Below, one piece after another: positions 23,385-35,247 of a DNA stretch of 64,000 nucleotides (within the stretch, counting starts at the first letter, position 1; every line of letters starts with the position of its first letter). A program made the position numbers and the translations under genes. The notes under the pieces were generated by a model, which worked only from the letters and a program-made list of their open reading frames with translations, did not search any database and was not told the origin of the DNA. The DNA comes from Owenia fusiformis (lineage: Eukaryota). The stretch lies in contig CAIIXF020000001.1 in the NCBI GenBank assembly GCA_903813345.2, positions 16,864,001-16,928,000 on the forward strand, written 5' to 3'.

Positions 23385-25501
23385 GCTTCAAGGCTGTCCA
23401 TTCAGAGTCCACAGTGTATCTAGTCCACGGAAGAGAAAGACACCAAACATCCCAACCCAGTCTGATGAGGAACCTTCCCCTAAGAAGAGTAGGGGAAAAT
23501 CCAGTCCTAAAGCTAAACAAGAAACAAATAAACCTGAACTGGAGGAAGCTAAGAAGGTTAAACATAAGGACAGTGATAAGGAAAATTATTCAGAGGCAGT
23601 CAAGCCCAAGGAAAGTGAAGAAAATGAAGTTAAGCCAGAGGAGGATGTCAGTGAGACTGTCGTAGATAAAGGTACACCTCTGATTGAAAATCCTCAAGAA
23701 GATTCTAAGATGAAATCATTTGATGATGACAGTATGAATCAAGATGAAAGTGGGGAAACAGTCCCTGATAATGACTACCAGGAGCATGGTGATGATGGGA
23801 ATGGATCTGACAATGACGGCAATGGAAATATTGATGCCCATATTGAACAATTTGAGGACAGTGTAACTAACAATGATGACATATCCACAACAACTGTTGA
23901 ATCCATGACTGAACAATCCAATGGACTGGGAAATGATGTAGAAGATAAAAATCTCACTGAGGGTAAAGTCATTAATACTAATGATAACAGTCAGGAAGTC
24001 ATTGGTGTCGCAAGTGTTTCTGTTGACACAGAAGAAGTCACAAATGTTACCATTGAAAAAGATGTTGAGAGTCCATATAGTGACAGAGATGAACAGACAG
24101 ATCTTACTGCCTTGGAAGACGTAACAGATGACTTCAAGGAAACAGAATATGGTGAAAAAGATGACAATGCAACAACCACAGAGGAGAGTGTATCATTAGA
24201 CAACTCTGTTGAATCACAGTCTGAAGTTACAATTCATTCTGTTGCTAAAAAACTCATGTTTGACATGGAAATTCCAAGTGTCCCTAAGAAACAAATTGAA
24301 AAAGTCCCTATCAGGGATGATGGGGATAAAAAGGTGGAATCAGCAGATGATGAAGATGCTTCTAATAGCTCCACAGATCTAGATGAGGATCTGAAAAGTA
24401 TAAGACAGACTGAGAGAGCATTGAGACATCTCTCTGGTGAATTAGAGGACTTTGAAGATGTGTTCAAGGAGGGAAAATCAAAGAAATCGAAGAAATCCAA
24501 AAAGAAGCAGGAAATATCTAAATTATGTGTTGATGATATGGATTATGTTAAAGCAGAGGAAGGCAGTATTAATTCCAAAGCTGTTCATGATAATGTAGAT
24601 GGTGCAGTTGCATTGGAAGATATAGCTCCTGAAATGCATAGTAGTCAAGACTCAGGAATACAGGAGGACCTCAACGGCAAACCAGACATCCTCAACACAT
24701 CCAGTACAAGTGATGAACTGGAAACATTGTTAAAGATAGAACAGGAATGTACACAGATCCAGTCACTGGTTCAACAGCAAAGTAGCGAGCTTGCAGAATT
24801 GGAATCTCAGGCAATAATGAAACAGAAAGAAGGCGCTGACATTCAAGGTGCTGAGATACTCTCCAATTTGTCCAATATTGATGCTCAGAAACAGACAGTC
24901 GTATCTGACCCCCTTGCAGTACTTGGTGCTATAGCTGAGAGCACCCTGGCTCAGCATAATCTACAAAGTGCCATACAACAACAATCAAACATAAATGACT
25001 CCAATGTTTCACATGTTGCACCAGCTACAACAATATCAGACAGTGAAAAGGAAAATCAAAATACATCAATGAAGGTTATCCCTGTAAATACAGTCTGTCC
25101 TAATGAGGAATTGACACCTCCTGTCCTGGAACCTCAAAACTCGAATTTCCAAGTTCAAACAGTGAAGTTACCAGTTCAAAATGTTGTACTGAATAACAGA
25201 CCCAATGAGGATTCAAACACTAACATGCAGGTTCATAACCCTCCTGGAGATGTTATCCAGAGTAACATCAGTGAAGAGGTGTGTATCAAAGATGAACGAT
25301 CAGTTGAGCCCACAGCTGAAAATGGTTCTGTTAACCCTGGATTTACTGTACTGGCTGAGTGGACCGTTCCAACAACTCTGATAGAGTCCGGTCCCCAGGA
25401 AGAACCCATGGCTATTGCTGCAACAGAGGCGACTCAGATTACAAATCTCGGTTTAGAGAATAGCTCCCAAAATGGAACTCCTAAACATGAGACCTATGGA
25501 G
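23385..25501 (+). CDS. MYT1L: MYT1-like exon 6: end of finger 1 (LQGCP) plus a long acidic region
   Basis: ttttag| acceptor, frame continuous with ORF 23710-25515, donor G|GTAAGC (phase 1). Confidence 0.92.
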
Positions 25502-25720
25502 GTAAGCTAAAATGAATGTGATTGGTTAATGATGAATCATGTGACCAAATTACCATTATAATATATTCTTGATCCGGTTGCTGAAAGTGTTAATTGTCTT
25601 TCAAAAGCTATGGGTTGGCTATGAAACCAGATCATTAGCAAAATAACTGAACTAACTTATAACCCTTATCCTTCTGATTTAAAATGGCGAAAATTGTCAT
25701 TATAGGTGCGTATATTGCAG

Positions 25721-25802
25721 GTGAGCCGTATGCCGGAAAGTGCCCCACAGCAGACTGTGATGGTACTGGACACATAACTGGACTCTACTCACATCATAGG
25801 AG
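25721..25802 (+). CDS. MYT1L: MYT1-like exon 7, finger 2 N-part ([20 protein letters not shown])
   Basis: Finger signature, donor AG|GTAAGC; an alternative in-frame acceptor exists at 25706. Confidence 0.93.
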
Positions 25803-25888
25803 GTAAGCTATACATACAGGACATTACTCAACTTACTTTAAAAAGGGAGAAGCAGAGTGACACCTTGGCCCTATTCTTGTATTTAAAT

Positions 25889-25969
25889 CTGTTGTTTGGA
25901 TTCGGTGGTTGGCGTTCGGTATCTGTAGCAAATGGCAGGTGGTGACATTTTGCATGTTAATGCCTTGTT
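25889..25969 (+). mobile_element. Mini-HINE family D (3' half)
   Basis: ATCTGTAGCAAATGGCAGGTGGTGACATTTTGCATGTTAATGCCTTGTT. Confidence 0.7.
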
Positions 25970-26185
25970 ATTCCTTGCTGAAGCAGAAATGCATAATGTT
26001 TTTAAAGCCTTCAAATTTTCTATTTTCCACAAAATTCACTCTGACTGAAGGCAAGGAGTTGAGCCTATGTCCTTTGTAAGTTTTGAAAATGAACACACTA
26101 TGTTGAATCTTGAGTCCTGTCTTATATCTACCGCCTTTGTTTCAACCTACATGATTGGTTAATGTACTGTATTATCCACTTGCAG

Positions 26186-26323
26186 TTTATCTGGATGCCC
26201 AAGGAAGATAAAAATCGGGGACACTGAAATGTTACCAGGTTCTGCTAATTATATCCTACGCTGCCCTACTCCTGGATGCAATGGTCGAGGTCACATTAAC
26301 AGCAATAGGACTACACACAGAAG
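26186..26323 (+). CDS. MYT1L: MYT1-like exon 8: end of finger 2 and finger 3 N-part ([20 protein letters not shown])
   Basis: Finger signature; ttgcag| and AG|GTAAGT, phase 2-2. Confidence 0.95.
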
Positions 26324-26328
26324 GTAAG

Positions 26329-26382
26329 TTGTATTCTCCACTACTTGTATTCTCCACTCCTTGTATTCTCCACTCCTTGTAT
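26329..26382. repeat. 16-bp tandem repeat (TTGTATTCTCCACTMC x3) directly after the exon 8 donor
   Basis: Direct inspection. Confidence 0.85.
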
Positions 26383-26816
26383 ATATGTTTCACAAACAAC
26401 AAAAACTGGCAGACAAAGGCTTGGCAACAATCCATAGTGAACCATTTTTGGCTTTCTTAAGTTTTATCATATTGATGTGTTTAAAATATCACCCAGAAAT
26501 TGAATTTTCAGAATTTTTGTTATCTTCGTCTTCTGCTAATGGACATGTGTCCATTTGTTTGTCTGGGCAGTTGTCACTTAAATCAAATCTTGTTATCAAA
26601 ATTCCATGAAAATCACTTTCCTATTCCACTTTAAAATTTAACAGGTTCGATTGAAGCAATGTTTTCCTTTCATTGTAAATATTTACTTCACACTGGGGCA
26701 GGCTGTTCCTAAAATTATGTAGATTTTAAAAATCGACCCATTCAAAACTGTCACGTAAACGCTGATTGAAAGAATAATTCTTTCCTACATGATCATATAT
26801 TTGTGTATATTTGCAG

Positions 26817-26881
26817 CCTATCTGGGTGCCCATTGGCAGCCATGGGGCGGATGGCGGCTCAGAAAGCTAAGCAAAATGAAG
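26817..26881 (+). CDS. MYT1L: MYT1-like exon 9: end of finger 3 (LSGCPLAAMGRMAAQKAKQNE)
   Basis: ttgcag| acceptor, G|GTAACA donor (phase 1). Confidence 0.92.
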
Positions 26882-28786
26882 GTAACAGTCCAACACCATT
26901 TTTTAAGTACAAATAAACCCCTAGGTTACATATACTAACTTCGCTCAAGAGATTTTCTCAACGCTGGTTCCCACGTGCATTTTATAGTTTGAAAGGGAGG
27001 GAGGGGGTAGTTATTATCACACTTTGAAAAGGTACTATATTGTTGTCGTATTTTGATGATGGGTGGTCATTTGGGCGGCTGCCACATGAGTTTTGTTTTA
27101 TTTAGTCTATTATAGACAATTTGCAAATTTACAAAATTCGTCCAGAAGATGTGTTTTTTAGTTCTCGTAGCATCATTAGGGGTTTATTTATACTCTACAT
27201 TATCTTGATTGACATTGTCGTACATTTTTTGATTATTTTGATCATATCTTATTATTGCTTTTACTAGTTCAATTAGAAGTTCTAGATTTTGTTTATTTGT
27301 TTTGATTATATGTAATATTAGTATAGTAGGAACAAGGGGTTCCCATGCACCCATAAGGTGTGAATAAGTTACATACATTTTTGTAATTCCTAGGGTGTCT
27401 ATTTAATGAATTTATTTGTTAACATTGCCAACTAATGTCCCATAGTACTTTTATGGCGGCATTCAGTTACCATGGTTACGCATTTTTAGACATCTTACCT
27501 TGGTATCTTAAATCATTTGTAGCTCTGTCATTATTTAGTCTATAGAAATGATATTGGTACCAAATTAAACCTCGTTAAATTTCCAATAAATTTCTGATAT
27601 TCAATTATGCAAATTATCTAATTTGCATAAATTATGACGTCATCAATCTATTTTTGGTTCAGAATTTCCAACTATAGCAACAAATCTATTAGAACTGAGG
27701 CCGTATGGCAAAATTTCTGAAAGGTTTTGTCCTTTATTCTATTAGTAGAAGGTATAAGCAACATAAAAGTGAAAACAGATTCAAAATTGAATCAGTATTA
27801 CGAAAGTTATGTAACTTTCGAGGCAGCTATCGTGAATGTCATTATTTGACAATAATATACATTACATCTTACCTTGGAGTCTTGAATCAATGTAGCTTCG
27901 CCATTATTTGGTCTATAGAGATGATATTGGTATCTGATTAAACCTTACTAAATTTACTATATGGTTACAATATTAAGTTATGCAAATTAGCTAATTTGCA
28001 TTAATTGTGACGTCATCAATCCATTTTTGGTTCAGAATATCCTAGTATAGCAACATATCTATTAGAACTGAGGCCGTATGACAGAATGTGTGCATAGTTT
28101 TGTCCCTTATTTGATGAGTGGAAGATATAAGCAACATTAAAGAGACAACAAATCTTCAAAATTGGATCAGAATTAACAAAATTATCCAGCTTTGGAGGCA
28201 GCTACTGTGAACGTCATTGTTTGACAATTATAAAAAGAATATTAAATTAACAAAAAAAGTAACAACCATTGTTGTTTCAGTCTTATTGAGTAAAAATGTG
28301 CATGTATAGAACTGAACTAATAAGTATGTGGAAAGGTTACATGCATTTTGACTATCATTCACAGGGGTCAAAACGGTTATCTCGACCCTGTATATTAAAG
28401 ATCCAATCTTATAATTTACCATGCACTTTCAATGATTCATATAAATAGTATACATATAGTCTGATTTTCATCGTATTCTTCATATTCTTGATTCTTAAAG
28501 CATCTGAAGTATATAGCATGATTAGAAGTGAAGATGATTCATCATATGGTTTATGTTATATTTCTAACATTTCAGATGCTATGGTAACATCACTTGATAA
28601 TGAGGTTTTTACATTTCAGGTTCTTAATGAGTTAAAAGGAAGTTATTCTCCCTTTGCTTTAGAGATAAATAGTCGCATGAATTTGTTTGGAAAAATTATA
28701 ACTTAATTAATTTAACCCCCCCCCCCCTGACAGCCCCCATATTTGAAGATTTTGGTGAAACCTGGCAAAATACATTAATTATTAGG

Positions 28787-30288
28787 TTCCAGAAGCCCCT
28801 AGAAGCTATATGATGGCCCCCAGTGGCCCAAAGTGGCCCCCAGAAGCTATACTGTGCTCCCCAGAAGCTATATGTTGGCCCCCAGAAGCTGAATAGTGGC
28901 CCTCAGGAGCTATACGGTGGCTCCCAGAAGCTATACAGGAAACCCTGTGGCGCCCAGGAGCTATACGATGGCACCCAGAAGCTATACAGGGGCCCCCAGT
29001 GGCCCCAAAAAGCTATATGGTGGCCCCCAGAAGCTATACTATGGCCCCCAGAAGCTATACAAGGGCCCCCAGAAACTATTCTATGGTCTCCAGAAGCTAT
29101 ATGGTGGCCCCCAGTGGCCCTCGGAAGCTATATGATGGCCTCCAGAAGCTAATTAGTGGCCCCCAGGAGCTATACGGTGGCTCCCAGAAGCTATACAGGG
29201 GACCCCAGTGGCCCCAAGAAGCTAAACGATGGTCCCCAGAAGCTATACAGGAGCCCCAAAAAGCTACATGATGGCCCCCAGAATCTATATGATGGCTCCC
29301 AGAAGATGTGAAGGGCCCCCAGTAGCCCCTAGAAGCTATACGGTGGCCCCCAGTGGCCCTCATAGGCTATATGATGGCCCCCAGAAGCTATACAGGAGCC
29401 CCAAAAAGCTACATGATGGCCCCCAGAATCTATATGATGGCTCCCAATGGCTCCCAGAAGATGTGAAGGGCCCCCAGTAGCCCCTAGAAGCTATACGGTG
29501 GCCCCCAGTGGCCCTCATAGGCTATATGATGGCCCCCAGAAGCTAAATAGTGACCCTCAGGAGCTATATGGTGGTTCCCAGAAGCTACAAAATGGCCCCC
29601 AGAATCTATATGGTGGCTCCCAATGGCTCCCAGAAGCTAAAAAAGGCCCCCCAGTAGCCCCTAGAAGCTATACGGTGGCCCCCAGTGGCCCCGAAAGCTA
29701 TAAAGTGGCCCCCAGAAGCTATACAGGGGCCTACAGTGGCTCCCAGAAGCTATACGATGGCCCCCAGAAGCTATGCAAGGGCCTGCAGAAACTGTACTGT
29801 AGCCCCCAGAAGCTATACAGGGGCCCCCAGTGGCTTCCAAAAGCTATACGATGGCCTCCAGAAGCTATACAGTGTCTCCAATGGGCCACCATATAGCTTT
29901 GGGGGCCACCGTATAGCTTCTAGGGGCTAGTGGGGGCCATGTATAGCTTCTGGGAGCCATTGGGGGCCATCATATAGATTCTTGGGGCCATCGTGTAGCT
30001 TCTGGGGGCTGCTGTATAGCTTCTTGGGGCCACTGGGGTTCCCTGTATAGCTTCTGGGTGCCACCATATAGCTCCTGGGGGCCACTACTTAGCTTCTGGG
30101 GGCCATCATATAGCTTCTGAGGGCCACTGGGGGCCACCATATAGCTGCTGGAGACCACAGTATAGTTTCTGGGGGCCCTTGTATAGCTTCTGGGGGCCAT
30201 CGTATACCTTCTGGGGGCCACTTGGGGCCCCTGTATAGATTCTTGGGGCCACTGGGGGCCATCATATAGCTTCTGGGGGCTTCTGGAA
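28787..30288. repeat. GC-rich ~21-bp minisatellite (GGCCCCCAGAAGCTATATGAT with 10-nt GGCCCCCAGT inserts) that reverses orientation at ~29880
   Basis: Direct inspection; source of the APRSYT/GPQKLY repeat ORFs. Confidence 0.95.
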
Positions 30289-30956
30289 CATAATAATTAA
30301 TGTATTTTGCCAGGTTTCACCAAAATCTTCAAATATGGGGGCTGTCAGGAGGGGGTTAAATTAAGTTATAATTTTTTTTAACAAATTCATGTGACCATTT
30401 TTCTCTAAAGCAAAGGGAGAATAACTTTCTTTTAACTCATTAAGAACCTGAAATGTAAAAACCTCATTATCAAGTGATGTTACCATAGCATCTGAAATGT
30501 TAGAAATATTACATAAACCATATGATGAATCATCTTCACTTCTAATCATGTTTTATACTTCAGATGCTTTAAGAATCAAGAATATGATGAAAATCAGACT
30601 ATATGTATACTATTTATATGAATCATTGAAAGTGCATGGAAAATTATAAAATTGGATCTTTAATATACAGGGTCGAGATAACCGTTTTGACCCCTGTGAA
30701 TGATAGTCAAAATACATGTAACCTTTCCACATACTTATTAGTTCAGTTCAATACATGCACATTTTTACTCAATAAGATTGAAACAACTATGGTTGTTACT
30801 TTTTTTGTTAATTTAATATTCTTTTTATAATTGTCAAACAATGATGTTCACAGTAGCTGCCTCCAAAGCTGGATAATTTTGTTAATTCTGATCCAATTTT
30901 GAAGATTTGTTGTCTCTTTAATGTTGCTTATATCTCCCACTCATCAAATAAGGGAC

Positions 30957-31387
30957 ATTATTATATCACAACCTAGCTAGCGGCAGTATGATTGGTCAAA
31001 ATCGGGTCACATGTCGTGGGATATCTGGCGATATTCAATGGCAATGCTAATCAGATAAGACAACCGTGAGATATCTAGCGATATCCCACGCTCCCGGGAA
31101 TTTTCAAAGATTTTGTTTTCGTTCAGTGTAAATAATTTAGTTCAGTGTAAGTCAAAATGGCAGACGAACCGAGTAGATTCAATGTATTTCAATGTTAACC
31201 TATGACTTAATAATATTAGGGATGTTTTGCTAGACAGTGATATAATAAAACAAATATTTCACTCTATTTTCGGTGAATACCTGTAGCACTTTCACAAGGT
31301 GATATTCCACTTGCCCTTCGGGCTTCGTGGAATATCACTTGTGAAAGATGTACAGGTATTCACCTCAATAGAGTGAAATATTTGTTC
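30957..31387 (+). mobile_element. 431-bp insertion in the right foldback arm: subterminal IR plus long 3' hairpin (Crypton/Helentron-like non-autonomous element)
   Basis: Absent from the left arm (empty site agggac|aaaactatg); TTATTATATCAC (30958) / GTGATATAATAA (31237-31248) IR; hairpin 31249-31386 with a GCCC-TTC-GGGC apex. Confidence 0.85.
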
Positions 31388-32689
31388 AAAACTATGCACA
31401 CATTCTGTCATACGGCCTCAGTTCTAATAGATATGTTGCTATACTAGGATATTCTGAACCAAAAATGGATTGATGACGTCACAATTAATGCAAATTAGCT
31501 AATTTGCATAACTGAATATTGTAACCATATAGTAAATTTAATAAAGTTTAATCAGATACCAATATCATCTCTATAGACCAAATAATGGCGAAGCTACATT
31601 GATTCAAGACTCCAAGGTAAGACGTAATGTATATTATTGTCAAATAATGACATTCACGATAGCTGCCTCGAAAGTTACGTAACTTTCGTAATACTGATTC
31701 AATTTTGAATCTGTTTTCATTTTTATGTTGCTCATACCTTTTACTAATAGAATAAAGGACAAAACCTTTCAGAAATTTTGCCATACGGCCTCAGTTCTAA
31801 TAGATTCGTTGCTATAGTTGAAAATTCTGAACCAAAAATAGATTGATGACGTCATAATTTATGCAAATTAGATAATTTGCATAATTGAATATCAGAAATT
31901 TATTGGAAATTTAATGAGGTTCAATTTGGTACCAATATCATTTCTATAGACCAAATAATGACAGAGCTACAAATGATTTAAGATACCAAGGTAAGATGTC
32001 TAAAGATGCGTAACCATGGTAACTGAATGGCACCATAAAAGTACTATGGGACATTAGTTGGCAATGTTAACAAATGAATTCATTAAATAGACACCCTAGG
32101 GATTACAAAAATGTATGTAACTTATTCACACCTTATGGGTGCATGGGAACCCCTTGTTCCTACTATACTATATAAGGAACATAAACTGACAAACAGGCTG
32201 TATGTATGTTGTTGAATATACCCCAATAATATCATCCAAAAGACTGTGTACCCAAATAAGCAGAGAGAATAAGTGGTACTATCAGCTGTATGAAGGTATA
32301 AGGGGGATATATCCACCAACATACACTTTGCTCTGAGGTCTTTTATTACAATTATAACATGACTTATCAGTTCAAATGAACAAAAAGGATGAAATAAAAT
32401 TTGAATCAATTTTAGAATTTATCTTGATAATTCTGATATCTAGAAGTCATGTTATAGTAATAGATGATAGATAATGCTATTGTTTGTTTTGTAAATTGAT
32501 GTAGTTTTTGTAATGTGTGATAGAGAAATGCATGGTGTTTAGTGTCATGTTTTTAAGGATTACATATTTCATATGAATTTTTACCGTTGTGCATTTTTGC
32601 TTGGTACAGTGCAGTGCACTGCCCAAAAACTAATCAGATAAGTATTTGGTCCATATGTATTGACTATTGAATGGTTATGAATTCGCACA

Positions 32690-33030
32690 TGGCTATTCTA
32701 GCAAATCCAAATAATCCACCCAAGATCATTTGTTAAATTGTTTTCAAAGTGACAACTTGACTCTACAGATTGAAATTGATACTTTGCCAACTTGACCCTT
32801 GCAAAAGTTTCATTTAAAATATGTTCCTTTAGTGATTCGCATCTTTTAGATGATTTCATAGAAAATATTTTGCAGTACAGTGTGTGAAAAGAATTTAAGC
32901 CCAAGACTCAATGTATTGTGGCTGATTCTACTCAGGTGTTTCCTAAACTTGATTATGTGAATCTTGTGCAAAGTCTGAAATAACACCTTTTTGAAAAATG
33001 ATAATCAGTTCACAATGCACAATTCTTAAA
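32690..33030 (+). repeat. Dispersed ~400-bp repeat family E
   Basis: AAAGTGACAACTTGAC...TTTGCCAACTTGACCCTTGCAAAA...GTGAAAAGAATTTAAGCCCA shared with 58376-58775 (+) and 57410-57805 (-). Confidence 0.75.
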
Positions 33031-33378
33031 TGAACAAAATGGGTCAGCTGTATGTTAGACTGACTTTACTCTAGGTCTGGTGGATTACACATACGACTCA
33101 ATATTATAGGGGAGGGGTTTAATTTGCATGTTTAATGTTGCACTGTTTCCTCACCATGCATTTCGCAAATGTCACACTATAGAACATTCCAACACATCCT
33201 ACCATACTACTGAACCTGTGAATAGTAATGCATTAATCAGGAGTATGAGATTAATGTTGAAATGTACTGTATCCTGAATGAATTTTCAAACGATGTATTT
33301 CAATATGGAAGATTTTGAATTAATTTAATCTACATCTTTTGATTATTTAATATCAATTTTGATTTTGTATGTTGTTCC

Positions 33379-35001
33379 TTATTAGACTCCAGATTGAAAA
33401 TCTGGAGTCTATTGCTTTTGCCAGTTTTCTTATTATTCTTTCTTTCCGCGATTTCTCAGCAACTAGAGGGACTTTCTGAAATCTGCTTACATAGTTAGAA
33501 AGGTAATGAGACCTAGTTTCCCGGAAATTAGGTCAAATTTTTATCTAGGTCAAAGGTCAAAATCTAGGTCAAATTATCATTTTGTGAATTATCTTTGTCA
33601 TTTTTCAATATTTTTTCAAAATTTTTTTTTTAACGTGTAGCCAAGAAAAAGACGATTCGACAGTGAGTTATTAGTTTTTTGATTACTTCTACCGATTTTG
33701 AGATATTGCGTCCGGAAAGTAGGTCAAACGAAAAAGTTCTCCAAATTCAACGTATGAGTCATGAAATAAGTGTAAAATTTCCTCAGGAATCCAAATCTGC
33801 AAACCAAATTTTGATCCGACTTCCGGTTCGGAAGCTATAGCGTTTTGAAATCGCTAAATTTGGTGCCCATGTTAAGCCAATGGGAAAAAAGACTTTTTCG
33901 AAGTGTAAAATACAAGATATAGACTGAGCACAGCTTAACATAATGAATGCCTATAAAAGAAGGGGACCTCAAAAGCTACCTAGCTTCAAAATTTGGACAC
34001 CAAAATGCCTAGGTCAAAATCTAGGTCAAATTCATAGTTTTTCCTTATTTTTACGATTCTGACACTACACTTTAATAATTTGCTTCAAAATTTTGTATAC
34101 AGGTAGCAAAGAGTGTACTAATAGTGTTAGCCTTTTGCCGTCAGAAAGTATTTTGACCCACTTTTGAGATATGGTGTCCGAAAAGTAGGTCAAAATAAAA
34201 ATTTCTCATAATTTAACATATGAGCTATGAGTTAAGGGTAGAATTTTCTCAGGAATCCGAATCTGCAAACCAAATTTCAATCCGACTTTTCGTTGGGAAC
34301 TTATGGCGTTTTGAAAGCTCAAAAATCGCTAATTTTGGTGCCCCATGTTATGTCAATGAGAAAAAAGATTTTTTTGAAGTGTAAAATACCAGATAAGGAC
34401 TGAGTACAGCTTAAGATTCTGAAAGTCTATAAAAGAAGGGGACCTGGAAGGCTATCTAGCTTTAAAATTTGGACACCAAAATCCCTAGGTCAAAATCTAG
34501 GTCAAATACATAGTTTTTCCTTATTTTTGCAATTCTGGCACTACACTTTTAGGATTTGCTTCAAAATTTTGTATACAGGTAGCAAAGAGTGGGCTAATAG
34601 TGTTAGCCTTTTGCCGTCAGAGAGTATTTTGACCCACTTTTGAGATATGGTGTCCGAAAAGTAGGTCAAAATAAAAAATTCTCCAAATTTTACATATGAG
34701 TTATGAATTAAGGGTAGAATTTTCTCAGGAGTCCGAATCTTTAAACCAAATTTCAATCTAACTTCTGGTTAGATAGTTATAGCGGTTTGAAGTCTCGAAA
34801 AGTCGATATGATGATATCCCCATGTTAAGCCAATGGAGTCGAAGATAAAAAATTGAGAGTTGTCTAAATGTCTAAATTCTAGCTGACTCGATCAGCTTAT
34901 TCTGGATGACTCAGCTTACAAGTATTCTGGATGACTCAGCTTAAAAAAAAGTATTAAATCTGGAGTCTTAAATTGAACTTGTTCAATTTACATGTCTAGT
35001 T
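33379..35001 (+). mobile_element. HINE family B with ~470-bp internal tandem units
   Basis: SubTIR AGACTCCAGATT / AATCTGGAGTCT (34957-34968), 3' hairpin TAAATTGAAC-TT-GTTCAATTTA, end CTAGTT; AAAGTAGGTCAAA recurs at ~33716, ~34182 and ~34659. Confidence 0.8.
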
Positions 35002-35104
35002 ATTATTACTTATTAGTAGTTAAAGTCATGTTGTATTTTCTTTTTCATTTTTCGTTATGTTCTATGTTGGCTGTTGTGGTTATTGGTTGTACTCCCTTTG
35101 CTAG

Positions 35105-35212
35105 GCATGACTGTAGTGTTGTTACCCAAGGGGAAGGATAGAAAGCAGGCAGTTTTAGCTGCTTGTACAGATAAAGAACTTCTGCACCTAGCTGCAAGTG
35201 AAGCATTAAAGG
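35105..35212 (+). CDS. MYT1L: MYT1-like exon 10, 108-nt phase 1-1 exon (GMTVVLLPKGKDRKQAVLAACTDKELLHLAASEALK), possibly a cassette
   Basis: Acceptor ccctttgctag|, stop-free protein-like frame, donor G|GTTGGT (weak), phase-compatible with both neighbours; absent from the ORF track. Confidence 0.68.
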
Positions 35213-35247
35213 GTTGGTATAAATGTAACATCTTATATTGCAAATGA

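Larger units (their letters stand above)
27319..32170. mobile_element. 4.85-kb non-autonomous foldback DNA element (whole element palindromic), Academ-like termini
   Basis: 27319-~29879 is the reverse complement of ~29880-32170; ends TAGTATAGTAGGAACAAGGGG / CCCCTTGTTCCTACTATACTA; TAT on both flanks (27316-27318, 32171-32173); no transposase ORF. Confidence 0.9.

Noticed and set aside
28823-30221. Overlapping ORFs with APRSYT/GPQKLY repeats; superficially CRISPR-like or repeat-protein-like
   Set aside because: Open in several frames only because of a 21-bp minisatellite; no unique spacers, no cas genes, no splice signals, eukaryotic intron.
27705-31784. Paired near-identical ORFs on opposite strands (27705/31548, 28228/30636, 28488/30361)
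   Set aside because: Mirror images produced by the foldback arms; short and without transposase motifs.
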